NCBI GenBank assembly: GCA_965112735.1
Contig: OZ218952.1
Location: 1,364,001-1,428,000 of the forward strand
Direction: 5' to 3'
Source: Phaeosaccion multiseriatum
Lineage: Eukaryota > Protista > Ochrophyta, other classes
Length of the DNA stretch: 64,000 nt
In this document: positions 1 through 14,362 of the stretch, piece after piece
How positions within the stretch are numbered: the first letter of the stretch is position 1
Layout of the letters: the number at the start of each line of letters is the position of its first letter
The notes under the pieces: model-generated
Told to the model about the DNA's origin: nothing
The model's database searches: none
What the model saw: only the letters and a program-made list of their open reading frames with translations
Translations under genes and position numbers: made by a program

Positions 1-3000
1 TGTCTCCTTGATCCCATATCCAACGAGGGAGTGAGTAAGTGAGGGAAGGAAGTAGAGTGAAGGGAGGGAGGGAGGGAGGGAGGGAGGGAGGGAGGGAGGG
101 AGGGAGGGAGGGAGGGAGGGAGGGAGGGAGGGAGGGAGGGAGGGAGGGAGGGAGGGAGGGAGGGAGGGAGGGAGGGAGGGAGGGAGGGAGGGAGGGAGGG
201 AGGGAGAGGGAAGACATAGGCAGGCAAGAGTCACTCACGCTCTTCTCCCATCTCTGTGCCTCTCGACTGTTCGGTGCTGTGCTTCTCGTGCTCGGTGGCT
301 GCTGCTGCTCCCCGCTCGCCAGATTGAGCTGCAAGTACCCGGCGCTGAAGCCACCGCAGGGTTCGGGGGGGGTAGAGGAAGACCCTTTGAAATCGGCATG
401 CCGAGGTTGCTGCTCAGGGGTATGCGACACGAGGAGAAAGGCACCGGTGCGGGGGGGGGCGACGGCTCGGAGAGCGGCGGAGCACTGTTTGGATCAGAGG
501 AAGAGGATGAGGAGGAGGAGGAGGAGGAGGAGGAGGAGGGGGAGGAGGAGGAGGAGGAGCACGAGGAGCACGAGGAGCACGAGGAGCACGAGGAGGGGGG
601 GTACGAGAAGATGGAGTTCGAGGAGGGGAACACGGATGATGAGCTTCCCCCCTCCTACGAGGAGGCAGTGGAGGAGGTGACGGATGAGCAACAGCAGCAC
701 TATGACAGTAGGGAAGGAGCAGAGAGTTCGGACGACGACGCCGACGGCAGCGACCCTCCTCCCTCCTTCCACACCCACCCGAGCGCTGAGGACGGCGATG
801 ACGATGAGGGGGGGTGGGCGACGGAGGAGGAGTCACCCCCTCCCACCTACCGCACCGGTTCGGGCAGTAGCAGCATCACGAGCAGTAGCAGCAGTAGAAG
901 GATGAGGAGGAGGAGGAGGAGGAGGAGGGGCAGCAGCAGCAGCACCAACAGCAGTAGTGTGGTATACCCTCGGCAGGGGCGGCCGCCGATGGGGGAGGGG
1001 GGAGGAGAAGGGGAGGATAGCCGAAGGGGTGGTGCGGCCGGGAGGGAGGCATGGGAGAGGCAACAGCAGCAGTTGGGGATGGAGCAGCGGCGGCAGCGAT
1101 CGCAGGGAGGATGGCAGCACGAGAGACAGTGGTTAGGACGAGAAGACAGGCAGCGAGAGCAGCGAGAGCGGCGAGAGCGGAAGAGAAAGGGGCAGGACGC
1201 GAAAGAAGTACAGCAACATGACGCTGGAGGAAGAAGGAGGACTGATTACGAGAGCTGGGGCAGCGAGACGGGGGAGCAGGACGAGGAGGACGGCGACGGG
1301 AAGCAGTGGGGAGGAGAACCTGACATCGAGGCCGCTGTGCTGTCCGCGGGGAGAGCGGGGGCAGGAAGAGTCCGCCAGCGGCCGCGACAAGAAGGACAAC
1401 GACGAGGAGGGGAAGGTGCCAATGGTGGTGGTGACGACGGCGGCGACTCACTCGCAGTCAGTGGGACCAAGGTGGTGCCAACAAGGGGGTCGAAGGGGAA
1501 TCGCGTGTACGGCTGGGCTTCCTCCCGGGCGGGGGCTGTGGGCGCCGCCACTGCGAGAGCCATGAAGGAGAAAGCCGCGTGGGACGATGACAGGTGGCGT
1601 CTCACTACTGCCCTAAAGGCGTCCAAGAAGGAGGTGTTGGGATTGGCAGAGGCACGCAGGAGGGCCAAGGTGGTGATTCGGGCGCGTGAGTTGGCGACGC
1701 TGGATCGGATGAAGGCCACGCTGGCGCAGCAGAGCGGCAGTCGCAGCGGGCGTGCGTGGGCGAGTCAAGCCACGCAGGACGTGATGGATCTGAGTGTGCA
1801 GGCGGGTAAGTTGGAGAGAGAGATCCGGCAAGCTCGGTGTGCGACTGCCAAGGCTTCCATGCTGGCGGTCTGGACCAAGCAACCTTTTCGGGAGAGGCGG
1901 GGCCGCTGGCAGAAGGGCCCGTTGCTGGGGCCGGGCCCGCTACCGCTCGACGCCACGCACACCCCCAAGGACCCCGTGCTTGTGGCGGTGGAGCGGAGGT
2001 ATACATGGGACAGGCACGGTCGGCGGCACGCCAGGCGGGGCGACGAGGGTGGTGCGAACAGTGAAGGCGGTGGTGGTGGTGGTGGTGCTTCGTTCGACAA
2101 TAGTGACTTCTCGTCGGAGGTGGAGGCGGCAATGCGCGCTCTCCGAAGCCTCGCAGAGACGGCGTACGACATGTCTCTGGACCTTCGTCAGCCATTTGAT
2201 CGTTTCGACAAGAACGGAGACGGGGTGTTGACTCTGAGAGAGTTCGGGATGGCGCTCACCTCGCTAAATGTGGGGAGGGATGCCAAGCTCTCGTCGGACC
2301 ACTTGCTGGCCATCTTCCGGCACTTTGACCCGAATCAGAGCGGCACTATTCACTACGGGGAGTTCTTGTGGGCCTTCTTCAATCGCGCATCGCTCATCCG
2401 AGCCTGGAAGAAGGCGGCTGGAGGAGGAGGAGGAGGAGGAGTGGCTGGTGCAGGGGGGCAGCGAAAAGAACAAACATATAGGAGCATCATGACTACTTTC
2501 CACGCCTTCGACTCCTCCGGGGACGGACGCTTGAGCAAGGGGGAGTTCACGAAGGTGCTGAGGACTCTCGGCCTCGACTTGCAGGACTGGGAGATTGAGA
2601 CGTTGATGCAGCGATTCGATACAGATGGCGACGGGCTCATCAACGCCCCTGAATTTGTCGACTTTGTCCGGAAGGAGGCGATGAAGAGCGGTAGCGGTGG
2701 CGAGGAGAGCGTCGTCGGGGGCGTAGCACTCGATCCCGCTCCTCCTTCGACTGCTGCGGGGCGAAGGTCGAGGAGCGCTGCAAGTGGAAGCCACGCGACT
2801 GTTCCCGCCGGTCGTGGTGGGCATCTTCGGAGAGGCGTAACGGCAAGGCCTGAGCACGTCTTCCCCAAAAACAAGCACCGGCACCACCAGCGCCATCAGC
2901 CCTTGGGTCGAGCTTCGACAGCGCGCCGGCCCTCACCTTCTCCGCCGCCATCGGACGATAACGACGACGACGAAAGTGGCGCTGCTGCTGCGGTGACGGA

Positions 3001-3097
3001 TGCTCGCACCGCCCAGCAGGTCCTGGACGATATGCTTAGTGCGCAGAGGCGGGTCCAGCAGCAGGAGCCCCTGAGAAAGTACTACTCTACACGGTGA
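1..3097 (+). CDS. EF-hand calcium-binding protein with long acidic/low-complexity N-terminal region, 5'-partial
   Basis: Four canonical EF loops: DKNGDGVLTLRE, DPNQSGTIHYGE, DSSGDGRLSKGE, DTDGDGLINAPE. The frame is open from acceptor AG 321-322 (IELQVPG...) through ORF 398..3097. Probable upstream exon <1..30 with GTGAGT donor at 31 and a (GGGA)n intron. Confidence 0.8.
58..205. repeat. (GGGA)n microsatellite in intron
   Basis: About 36 perfect GGGA units. Confidence 0.95.
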
Positions 3098-3333
3098 TGA
3101 GGAAGGGGTGAGAGGGTGAGAGGGTCACAGGGTGAGAGGCTGAGCGAGGCGCGAGAGGAGACCCAGCCGACTGTGCGAGGAGAGCTATGCGTAGCGTGCA
3201 ATCGTTCTCCTTATCTCATCCTCGTCCTCCTATAAAAGGATTCGCCTAAGAAAAACTGAAAGGGATCGGGTCGGACGTGGGGACGTGGGGCGACGTTGCG
3301 GGGGGAAATAGAGATCGCGCGCACATCCCGTGG

Positions 3334-6300
3334 ATGCGTTTCATTGCCTTTTCGCCTCTTGTTCAACGTCACCAGCTTCTGCCTCAGCCATTTGCTTGCT
3401 CTGTAAGCGAGAGCATCCACAGCAGCAGCTTCGACTCGTCTTTCTGGGCATGAGTCCTCTCCAGCAGCACAGCGGTAGCGCTTTTGTCCAGCCTCTTGGT
3501 ACGGCTGGCTTCTTCACACAAGGTTCTGCCGCCGTAGCTCCAGTTCCACCTTCCACTCGAGCTGCCTCTTCGCTGCGCGCAAAAAGCCGGCAAAGAGTAT
3601 GGGGGCAGAGGAGAGCTCAGCGGCCGTTGGTGAGGATGGCGATGGACGCAGATGCGGCACAGAAAATGCTGGACAAGGCGGCATCGCTTCGCGCGGAGAC
3701 TGATCAGCTGGAGCGAGACATGGGAAGAGATCCAGACAAGCTCACCGAGTCAGAGGAGAGGGAGCTGGCAAGGAAGGCAGCAGAGCCCCCCCCACCCACG
3801 CTAGGAACCAAGGCCGAGGGGGCGAGCGAGTCAGACTATGCCATCAAGCTGGCGGGCTTGGATGCGGTGGTGGAGAGGGTGGAGGGGAGGCAGGAAGTGT
3901 CAGTAGGCGAGAGGAAGTACGCGGAGCAGACCATGGCAGTGATGGAGGAGGCCAAGGCCCTGGGCTTTGCTTCCAAGTGGAAGAGTTACGACTACGGAGA
4001 GCCCTTCTCTGTCTCGCAGGGGCAGCTCAAGCAGCAGGCGAATGTGGACGAGAAGACGCTGGATGTGAGTACAGACGGACGGAGCCGGTCTCCTCCTTCC
4101 TATTCTTTGACCTTTCTTTTTCGCTCTAGGTCACCTCCTTCCCACTCTTGGACCTGCCTTTTTTCGCTCTGGGGTCTCCTCCCGTATATCTTTTCGCCTT
4201 CCCTCTACTCCCTCCTGCCTGGTGTGGTGTCTCTCCGTTCTGTTCGCCATTCAGTGCCTTTTCTCACGGTTCTCCTTTGCCATGCCATACCGCACACCGT
4301 CTCTCCTATCCACGTCCACACATAGGTGGAACCTGATCTCTACGAACTGAAAGTCCTGTTTGCGTCCGTCTTGGCGGGCTGTGCCGTCCTCGCCGTGCTG
4401 AGCGGTATTTTCCTGAAGGTGAGTGCATGGGGGGGGCTTTGCTAGGTGCACGGTAATGGTGTGGTAGGGCTGTGCTCTTTTAGAGACTGGGAACCGGCAA
4501 CAGCAGCAGCAACCGTCTTAAGTTGGGTGGGGGGGGGGTGCTCTTTTTAAGCCCTTCCTCCTCGTCATCGTCCTCTTGCTGCTGCTGCTACTGTGTGCTG
4601 CTCCTCCCCCTGCCACCCCGCACCACCTACCTCCTTTCCTTTCCCGGTCTGACCTCTGATTTCTTGACCTTTGCGCACACACACACGCACACACACGCAC
4701 ACACACACACACAGGGCAATTTGGCAGCGACTGGCACGTACCTGTTCGCCGTGCTGCCCGTCATTTTCCTCGGCGTTGGCTCCACCGCACCCGGTCTCAT
4801 CTTTGCGGCCCTCAATTCGTTCAAGGTGGGTGGCTTTTTTCAAAGAATGGGTCGGTTGGTGGGGCATGTGGGGAAAGGGGGGCGGCACGGAGAAGCATCC
4901 GGTCCGTTGTCGCTCCCTCGTCTCAACCGTTCCTTTTGTCGAGCAGAACCACACGAGCACACCATGAGGAACTCTCCTTCTCTTCCTCCTCCTCTCTCCT
5001 CCCGTGTGTCTTCGTTTGTCATGCAGTCGTTCATGTGGTGACTTGTTAACTCTTAACCCGTCGCCTCTTCCGTCCTCTTCAAGCGTACACTCCCACGCAC
5101 ATGACTGTTGCCACTGCTGCTGCTGCTGCTGACGGACTGACTGATTGACTGACTGACTGACTGAGCAGGAGGCCGTCGATGGGGACTTTGCCGATCGTCG
5201 ACTCAAGCATGAAGCTGCACACTTCCTGGCGGGCTATGTGTGCGGCCTTCCCTTGAAGGCTGTCAAGGTCAAGGGGCCTAACACAGAGGTGAGGTGTGAG
5301 GAATGAGGGATGAAGGGTGAGGAGGGCGGTGAGGGTCGTAAGAGGGATCGGAGGCAGGAGGAGGGAGAAAAGAGGAGGCTCTCCTCTTCACTTTGAAGTA
5401 CACAAGGAATGACAGGATGTGAGGGCGTGGGGTGGATGATGCGTGCGAGCTATGGAGGGTGACGACGGCCGCAGGAGGATGGGGGCAAGGGCGATGGAGA
5501 CGAGGAGACAGAGAGAGAGGGGGAGGGAGACGAGAGAGAGAGGGAGACGAGAGAGAGGGGGAAGGCGACGAAGGGAGGGAAAAGAAGAAGAAATGTCTTC
5601 GGACTCTGCGCATGTAGAGGAACGTGGCGTCAACACTGTATAGTCTTTGGCAAGCCGTTCCCCGTCAGGTGCCATCCCTGGGATGTTTTGTGTCTTATGT
5701 GTTCTGCCTTGTCTCTCGCGCTGCTAACCAAACCTGTGCCTCCTCCCTGCCCCTCCCTGCCTCCCTGCCTCCCTGCCCTTCCACCCGCGCTCTTTCATTT
5801 TTTGTCTCTTCTCCCCTTCAGGTGGAGTTCTATGACACGATGGAGGGAGATTTCGGAGTGCTCAACAGGCAGATGAAAGCGTAAGTGGCAGGCAGAGAGA
5901 GATGGAGGGAAGGATGGATAGAGAGGTGGAGGGGGTGGCAGGCAGGCAGTGGTATGTATAGTCTCCAGAGCGTGGCTAGTCGTGCATTGATGTGGCAATT
6001 CCTCCCTCAATGCCTTCTTGCTATCATATCGAGCGCGCGTGTGCTTTGTGAATGGGTGTGTTGTCCTCTCCCTTTTCGCTCTCTTCCACCCTGCTCCTTG
6101 CACTAGCGTCTACCCTCACCGCTTCCTCCCTATCTCTTCCCTCCCTTTATTCATGCATCCCTCCCTCCTTTCACGACGCACACACACATGCACGCACATG
6201 CACACACACGCACACACACGCAGTTCGGAGATCACCCGTCTGTCCGTGGTGGCCCTGTCCGGAGGCGTGGGGGAGGTGCTGGAGTACGGTATGGCCAAAG

Positions 6301-6734
6301 GGGCAGCGCAAGACCTTGAGGTGTTGGGCAAGCTCATGAATAGGGCCGAGAAGTACATGAACGACCAGCAGCAGCAGGACCAAACAAGGTGAGAGACAAG
6401 CGTGCGTGCGAGTGTGTGTATGCGAGTGTGGGTGCGAGTGTGCGGAGGGGGGAGAGGAGTGATAGTGAGTGGCCTGCCTACTTGGGCTTTGTTCGCCTCC
6501 TCTCGGAGCACCGCCTTACGTATTTGTACCTGTGTGCTCTCTCTGTCTCTCTGCGTGTGTGTGCGTGTGTGCGTGTGTGCGTGTCTGGGTGTGGATGTAC
6601 GTGCCCGCAGATGGGCTGCCTTGACGGCTTCGAAGCTTCTCAACAAGTACGAGAAGGAGTACAAGGCGGTGGTGGAGGCGCTGCGGGAGGGGAAGGACAT
6701 TAAGCAAATCATCGCAGCGGTGGAAGCTTGCTGA
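3334..6734 (+). CDS. Plastid-type membrane protein with peptidase M41/FtsH-protease-like domain lacking AAA ATPase (VIR3/At2g21960-like family)
   Basis: Exons ~3334/3450-4064, 4326-4418, 4715-4825, 5169-5288, 5822-5880, 6224-6388, 6611-6734, all GT-AG. Two TM segments, GVGSTAPGL, zinc motif RRLKHEAAHFLAGYVCGLP, VVALSGGVGE..YG.A.GA.QD and DQTRWAAL..LL. SAF plus transit-peptide-like N-terminus. Start codon uncertain. Confidence 0.8.
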
Positions 6735-7514
6735 GGAGGACATGGGAAGAGACGGGCATATGGGCCATTGATTGGCAAGGAACTTGTTCATTGCTTCTTT
6801 TGCGTGCCCCTTTAGTGATTGTTTTGTTTTTTTTCCTGTGCGTATTTACTGCATGAACGCGTGTGTAGAGTTACATAGAGTTGATACAAAGAGCGGGGGG
6901 GGGGAGGAGGGGGAGAGAAGGGGATGTGGCACCGGGAGGAGGGTCGAGCAGCAGCAGCAGTAGCAGCAGCAGTAGTAGAGCAGCAGTAAACTAGCAGCAG
7001 CAGTTTTCGACGAGAAGAGAAGGGGTTGGAGTGTAGCAAACACAACGATTCAGCAGCGGCGGCGGTGGCAAGAGCGCCATCGGCCGCCATTCACTGACAG
7101 GCTCAGTTGAGGGAGGAAGGTATAATAGATGGGTTCATTGATAGCGAGGCGTTAAATCAAAATACATCAGCACTCACTCACTCAACCCTCTCGTTAAATA
7201 TCGGCGTCCTTCGATCGAGCTCCACCGCTCGCTTTGCTGGCCATGGGGTGGAGGGGGCCCATGTCCAGCAGACTCGCTTGGATGGGCAGAGGGCAGACGG
7301 GAGGAGGGGCTGCCCCTTGATTCAAGTGTACCTCATATTTTAAAAAAAAAGGAGAGTGGTGAAGGAGGTCGACGCTGCAAGAATACAGCTTGCTTTCGCC
7401 AAGGACTCAAGGCCGGCACCTGACTGATGAGAGGCTGTTTGTTTCGTTGTGTCCCTTCAAGTGGCACTGTTGTGACGGTGTTAGTGAGTAAGTGCAGTGA
7501 GGGGGGGGGGACAG

Positions 7515-7516
7515 TG

Positions 7517-7592
<76 letters not shown>
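7515..7592. repeat. (TG)n microsatellite, intergenic
   Basis: About 38 TG units upstream of FTHFS. Confidence 0.95.
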
Positions 7593-7594
<2 letters not shown>

Positions 7595-7829
7595 TGTCAG
7601 TTTCAGTTCACCCTTCATTCATTACTTTTGGATCGGGAAAAAAAAAAGAAAAAAAGTATCCGCATTTCCCACGTATTGTCGGCTCGCCACAGCATCCCGT
7701 AGGAGAATAAGAGACCAAAGGCCATTGCCAAGACGACAGCAGCGGAAAGCAGCAGGAGCAGCGGAGGCTGGACACATTTCACGCGGCGTTTCACCCGCCT
7801 CTCCCCTTCAACACACACACCAAGCTAAA

Positions 7830-9148
7830 ATGGTACACGTACCCACGCCACGCTTGCTCTTCTTCATCTCCCCTTCCCGTGCACTCTTATCTTGTGTTGC
7901 TCCCACGCTCACGTCTATATCTCTCCCCTCCTCTTTGCATCCTGGCCTCCATGCTCCCATATCCTCCCCTCCTGTCTTTCTTCGCCTTCCACCTGTACCC
8001 ATAAAACCCCACCCTCTGCTCTCTTCTCCTTCTCTGCTCTCTCCCTGCTCTCTCGCTCCACTCAGCCCGCCCTTCGGCCCGAGCAGATTTTGAAACCTGT
8101 GCCTAGCGACATCGACATTTCTCAGGTATGCATGGCATCGAAGTTGCGTTGCACAGCGAGAGCGAGGCCCACAGGAAGAGCGAGCCCTCTGTCCACGGAG
8201 CGAGCGAGCCTCTCCACCTCTCCCTCTGGTTCTGCCACTGTTCCGAAACTCATGCATTGTACTATCCATCCCCCCCCCCCCGCACGCCCGCCTCCCCATC
8301 GCGAAACTCTCCCTTCTCCCGATTGCAGGCGATCGATGGCTCTATCCCGCACATCGAAGATGTGGCAGCAGCGGCCGGGCTGACGAAGGATGAGTTCTCG
8401 CCTTGGGGCAAGTACAAGGGCAAGGTGGGTAGAGTACATGCGCAGAGGAATAGTACACATCGGTAGAGTACAAGCGCATGGGGGCAAGAGGGCAAACGGG
8501 CACGACGGCTGACGACGGCTGCAGAGCTACAGGGAGTGAAGGCTGCTGAACACTTCTGTCCTTCGCTCCCCTTTTGTGCGCTCTCTCTCTCCATTCTCTT
8601 CCTACCATGCTAAACCGTATCTCAAAGGTTTCCCTCGACTGCCGAGACCGATTGAAGGACGAGCCCGAAGGATTCTACGTGGTGGTTACAGGTGCGCGGA
8701 TATGTTGGCGACACTCACACCCACGCACCCGCACATAGAAAGAAAGATAGGTGTACATACATACCATACATACATGCGAACATCCGCAAGCGCAAGCGAA
8801 GGAGTCAGGGCGTAGTATACCCTCTCTTCTGGACAGAGAGGTGCTGATGCGACATTGACGCCTGTAGCACGAACTGCGCCAGGCTGACTGTTTCAGCTCA
8901 GAGGAGGAACAGCGCCCTCCCTTGATGCCGCGCCCTCCCTCCCTCACACCTCTCCCACACACCGCCACCCTCCCCTTTCGGAACAGGCATCAACCCCACC
9001 CCCCTGGGGGAGGGCAAGTCAACAACCACTGTGGGCCTCACGCAGGCTCTCGGGGCACACCTCAACAAAAAGACCTTCGCCTGCATCAGGCAGCCCAGCC
9101 AGGTAGGCAGGGAGGGAGGAAGGGAGGCCCTGTATGGGTCCCCCTCTG

Positions 9149-9181
<33 letters not shown>

Positions 9182-12100
9182 TTTTTTTTGCCTGTCTCTC
9201 TGGCTGGCTGGATGCTGGATGCTGGCTGGCTTGCTGGCTGACTGGCTGTTTGGCTGTCTCTCTCTTTCTCTCTGTCTCTGTCTCTCTTTCTCTCTGTCTG
9301 TCTCTCTTTCTCTTCTGTCTTTCTGTCTGTCTGTCTGTCTGTCTCTCTTCCTCTCTGTCTGCCTCTCTTTCTGTCTGTCCATGTCTGCAGGGACTGAGTT
9401 AGTCGTCCTTCCTTCACAGTTTCAGTTAATCTCTTTCAAAACCCCGTGTCCCACCTGACGACTTTGGACGAGCCATTCCATTCCCTTCCCTTCCTCTCCC
9501 TCCGTTCCTAACCTACCCTTCTCCCCACCCTCTCCATATCTCTACCCTCCCGCTTAACCCGCGTCCCCCCTCCCGTCCCTCACACTTCAATTGGCACTTG
9601 TTTCTCTCTCCAATGGCAACAGGGCCCTTGCTTCGGCATCAAAGGTAAGAACGAGAGGGTTGCGTTAACTCGCCACTTGGCGGGAAAGGCAAGGCAGAGA
9701 GACAGAGAGAGAGAGCTGAAACCCATAGAGGATATGTCCGCAGACTTTGTCGAACTTTTCCTTCACACGTCGTATTTTGAACCTTTTCCACTCGCCTACC
9801 CCTTTTGTTTTGTGTCCCTCAGCTGCTTACTCTCTTCTGTATCACCAACTGCTGCTGCTCCTCCGTCCTTCCCTCTCCCACTGTCCCACTCCCCCGCTTC
9901 AAACATGATAGGAGGAGCAGCTGGCGGCGGTTACGCGCAAGTGGTGCCCATGGAGGAGTTCAACTTGCACCTCACAGGGGACATCCACGCCATCACCGCC
10001 GCCAATAACCTACTTGCAGCGGCCATCGACACGAGAATGTTCCACGAGGCCACACAGAAGGACGAGGCTCTGTTTAATAGACTGGTGCCCGCCAAGGGAG
10101 GAGGAGGGGAGGATGCAGGCAAGCGCACCTTCGCCCCCTCCATGATGAAGCGGCTAGCCAAGTTGGGCATCGATAAGACCGACCCTGATGAGCTGACGCT
10201 GGAGGAGAAGGGGCGCTTTGCGAGGCTGGATATCGACCCAGAAACCATCACTTGGCAGCGCGTGGTGGACACGTGCGATCGCACTCTGAGGCGCATCACC
10301 GTCGGACAGGTGAGTGAGCGAGTGTGTGTGTTTATTGTTGTGTGTGTGTATTTGTGAGTGTGTATGTGAGTGTGTAGGTGTGTGTGCGTGTGTGTGTGGG
10401 CGAGGGAATGTGTGTTTGTGTGGGTGTGGGTGTGAGTGAGGGAGTGAGGGAGTGGGGTGAGCGAGGGTGGGAGGGAGTGGGGCGAAGAATGGAAGGAAGG
10501 GCGGGATGATACCAAATCACACGATATTGCACACACAACGGCTTTCTAAGCATCAATGCCCTTCCTCCTCTCTCCACCAAGCCCTCTCCGCACACCTTCT
10601 GCTTACCTGCGTGTGCTTGAGCGCTCTGTGTGACTCCCCTCCCCTCCCCTCCCCTCCCCTCTCTCTCTTGTGTGTGCGTGTGTGTATGTGTGGCCAACAA
10701 ACAAACAAACACACACACGCAGGGCCCCGCCGAGAAGGGCTACACCCGCCAGACGGGCTTCGACATTACCGTGGCCTCTGAGATAATGGCGGTGTTGGCC
10801 CTCACCACGAGTCTTGAGGACATGAGAGAGCGGCTCGGCAGAATGGTGGGTGGAGCAGCAGCATTGGGGAGGCAGGCAGGGAGGGACGGACGGGCGGACG
10901 GACGGAGAGAGGGAGGGAGGGAGGGAGGGAGAGAGGGAGGGAGGGAGGGAGGGAGAGAGGGAGGGAGGGAGGGAGGGAGGGAGGGAGAGAGGGCGGGCGG
11001 GGGAGGGAGAGGGAGGGGCACGAGGGAGGGGGGGGACTTGTTGAGTGGGCTAATTTCTGCTACTGAAATTGCCTATGTCAGGTGGTGGCCCAGAGCAAGA
11101 CGGGCGAGCCGGTGACGGCGGAGGACTTGGGGGTGGCGGGGGCGTTGCTCGTGCTCATGAAGGAGGCCATTGAGGTGAGTGCGTTACGTTACGTTACGTT
11201 ATGTTACTTTAACGGTACTACTACTACATCAATATCAAGCACCTATATACTTGCATATACCTGTATCCAGTATGCCTGTGTATGCCTGTATGCCTGCCTG
11301 TGTCTAGCGGAATACTCCCTGCGTAACTGACGCACCTATGCCCTCCCCACCCTCTCATCGCTTAGCCGACGCTGATGCAAACGGTGGAGGAGACACCCGT
11401 GCTCGTTCACGCTGGACCCTTCGCCAACATCGCTCATGGTAACAGGTGAGTGCGTGAGTTCGTGAGTGCGTGAGTGCGTGAGTGTGCTTGCACTGCCAAC
11501 ACGCATATGGCCGGACTGGACTTGACCACAGGAGAGGAGGGTACTTTCCTTGCACACAATCTGGACACAATCGGCGACTGCTCGGACAAGAAGCCGATTA
11601 GAAAGAAGAGATGAGGCAGCAAATTAAAAAGAACCCCTCCACGCCCCTCTCCCCCTCCCGTTTCTCCCCTTTCTCCGCCGCTTCTCCTCTTTTCTCCCCC
11701 TCCTTCTCCTTCTTACCCTTGCTCTCTTTCCTCCCCCCCTTCGCACTCAGCTCCGTTGTGGCAGACCAAATCGCGCTGAAGCTTGTGGGGAAGGATGGAG
11801 TTGTAGTCACAGAGGCGGGCTTCGGAGCAGACATTGGTGAGTGAGTGAGTGAGTGAGTGAGTGAGTGAGTTTGTGAGTGACTGACTGGTGGACTGAGTGG
11901 TGGATGAGTGAGTGGTTGAGTGACTGACTGACTGAGTGAGTGTTTGAGTGACAGTGAGTGAGTGAGTGAGTGAGTGAGTGAGTGAGTGAGTGAGTGAGTG
12001 AGTGAGTGAGGTCACGAGTCTTACAATCCCCTCCCTCTCTCTCTGTGTGTACAGGGATGGAGAAGTTCTTCAACATCAAGTGCCGTTACTCGCACAACAT

Positions 12101-12358
12101 CCCCCACTGCGCCGTCATTGTGTGCACTGTGAGAGCTCTCAAGATGCACGGAGGGGGGCCTCCCGTCAAGGCAGGCACACCCCTAGCGCAGGAGTATAGG
12201 GAAGAGAACCTTGAGCTGCTGAAGAAGGGATGCTCCAATCTAGAGGTGGGTTAGGGGGTAGGAGGTGGCACTGCAGTGGTAGTGTTGGTGATACACACTC
12301 ATATACACATGCGCGCGCACACACACACACACGCCCTCACACACGTCCACTCCACTCT

Positions 12359-12429
<71 letters not shown>

Positions 12430-14362
12430 CACACACACACGCACACACACACAAACACATACACACACACCCAGGTGCACATCAAGAACGCTCTGAAGTT
12501 CGGTGTGCGGCCCGTGGTGGCTGTGAACATGTTCGCCACAGACACCTCCGCTGAGATCGAGCTTGTCAAGGAGCAGGTGAGGAGGAGGAGGAGGAGGAGG
12601 AGGAGGAGGAGGAGAGGAGGAGGACGAACCTTAGCAGCCTTGGGTATAACACATTGGGTACTAACCAACCTTGCGTATTCCCCGGGTTCTTACCCTGCCC
12701 CCTGCTCCTGCCCCTGACCTCTGAGTCCGACCCTTTCCTTTGACTCTGACTCTTCCGCTAACCCCCACCCTGCCCCCTGCTCCTGCCCCTGACCTCTGAC
12801 CCCGGACTCTGCCCCCTCACCCCTCGCCCCTCACCCTGACCGTGAACCTCACTCTCACTCTCATCCTCACCCCTAACCCCTTTCCCCTCACCCTCACACT
12901 CGCCCTCCACCTCAGGCTCTCCAAGCAGGGGCCTACAAGGCGGTTCAGTCCAATCATTGGGCACAGGGCGGAGCGGGAGCGGTGGAGCTCGCCAAGGCCG
13001 TGGTGGGGTGCTGTGAGGTGTCCCGCGCGGACGAGGCGAGCAGCTTCAACTTTCTGTATCCCCTCGACATACCCATCAAAGCTAAGGTTAGTGGGTGGGT
13101 GGGTTATATCAATGAATGGGTGGGTGGGTGGGTGTGTGGATGTGCTCTCTCTCTCTCTCTTCTTTGTCTCGAATATGGGACGGATTTTTCGGCAACTCAC
13201 TCTTCGCCTTTACATTGGCGCTGTGTTCGCCCTTGTCCTCCTCATTTCGCTCTCCATCTCTCCTTGTGTCTCTGTTCCTCTCTCTCCCTCCGTCCCTCCC
13301 TCCCTCCCTCTCCTCTATTACTCTCCCACTCTCCCTCTCTCCCTCTCTTCCCCTCTCCCTCTCTCTGTGCCGTGTGTGTGTGTGTGTGTGTGTGTGTGCC
13401 CCCTGCTGCAGATGGATGCGGTGTGCCAGAAAGTGTACGGGGCGGCGAGCGTGTCTTACAGTGAAGTGGCAGAGGCGAAGATCGAAGCCTACACCAAAGC
13501 AGGGTGCGTTGATGCCTTGAGGGGGGCAAGTGGCATGCGCGAGGAGAGGCAGACAGGCAGACATACGGGCACAGAAACAGGCAGGCGTATGGGCAGACCG
13601 ACAAGCAGGCATATGGGCTCGCTATTTTTACCTCACCCATTCGTACTCTCTCTCTCTTAGTCTTTGGTTTGTGATGGTCAAACATGTCTTACATTACCTA
13701 CCTACCAAAGTATCTACTTACCTACATACCGTTATACCTACCTTCCACCTACCTACCTACCTATCCATCCACCTACCCACCTAACCACCTGCGTACCTAC
13801 CTACCTACGTATCTACTCACTTACCTACTTACCCACGTACTCATATCTACCCACTGACCTACCTATCTACATGGGCCTCCCCCTCCACCTCCTCCCCAGG
13901 TACGACAAGCTGCCTGTGTGCATCGCCAAGACTCAGTACTCCCTGAGCTGCGACCCCAGCGCCAAGGGAGCGCCCAAAGACTTCGTAGTGGAGGTGGGTG
14001 TGTTGCCTGGCTTGTGATATGTGCCTCTCTCTTTTCCTTCTCCTTCCCGTCTTGTGCGCCACTGCATGTGCTTGTGCTTGGGTCTGTACTTACTTGACAC
14101 GTAACTGTTCTGTTGTGATGTGTGCGTGGGTGCCTCTGCGTACTCGCTCTCTCTTTCTTTCTCTCTCCCTCTCTGTCCATTCCATAACTCAATGTGTGTG
14201 TGTGTGTGTGTGTAGGTACGGGACGTGCGCGCGTCTGTGGGGGCGGGCTTCATCTACATGCTGGCGGGAGACATCAACACCATCCCGGGCCTACCCACCC
14301 GGCCGGGCTTCTACGATGTCGACTTCGACTTTGAAAGTCGACGAGTGGTGGGGCTCTTTTGA
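7830..14362 (+). CDS. FTHFS: Formate--tetrahydrofolate ligase (10-formyl-THF synthetase), monofunctional
   Basis: About 17 exons: 7830-7832, 8066-8125, 8329-8424, 8628-8691, 8987-9101, 9623-9644, 9912-10308, 10723-10845, 11082-11174, 11366-11445, 11751-11836, 12055-12245, 12475-12576, 12916-13086, 13412-13503, 13900-13993, 14216-14362. Motifs [125 protein letters not shown]. Confidence 0.96.
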
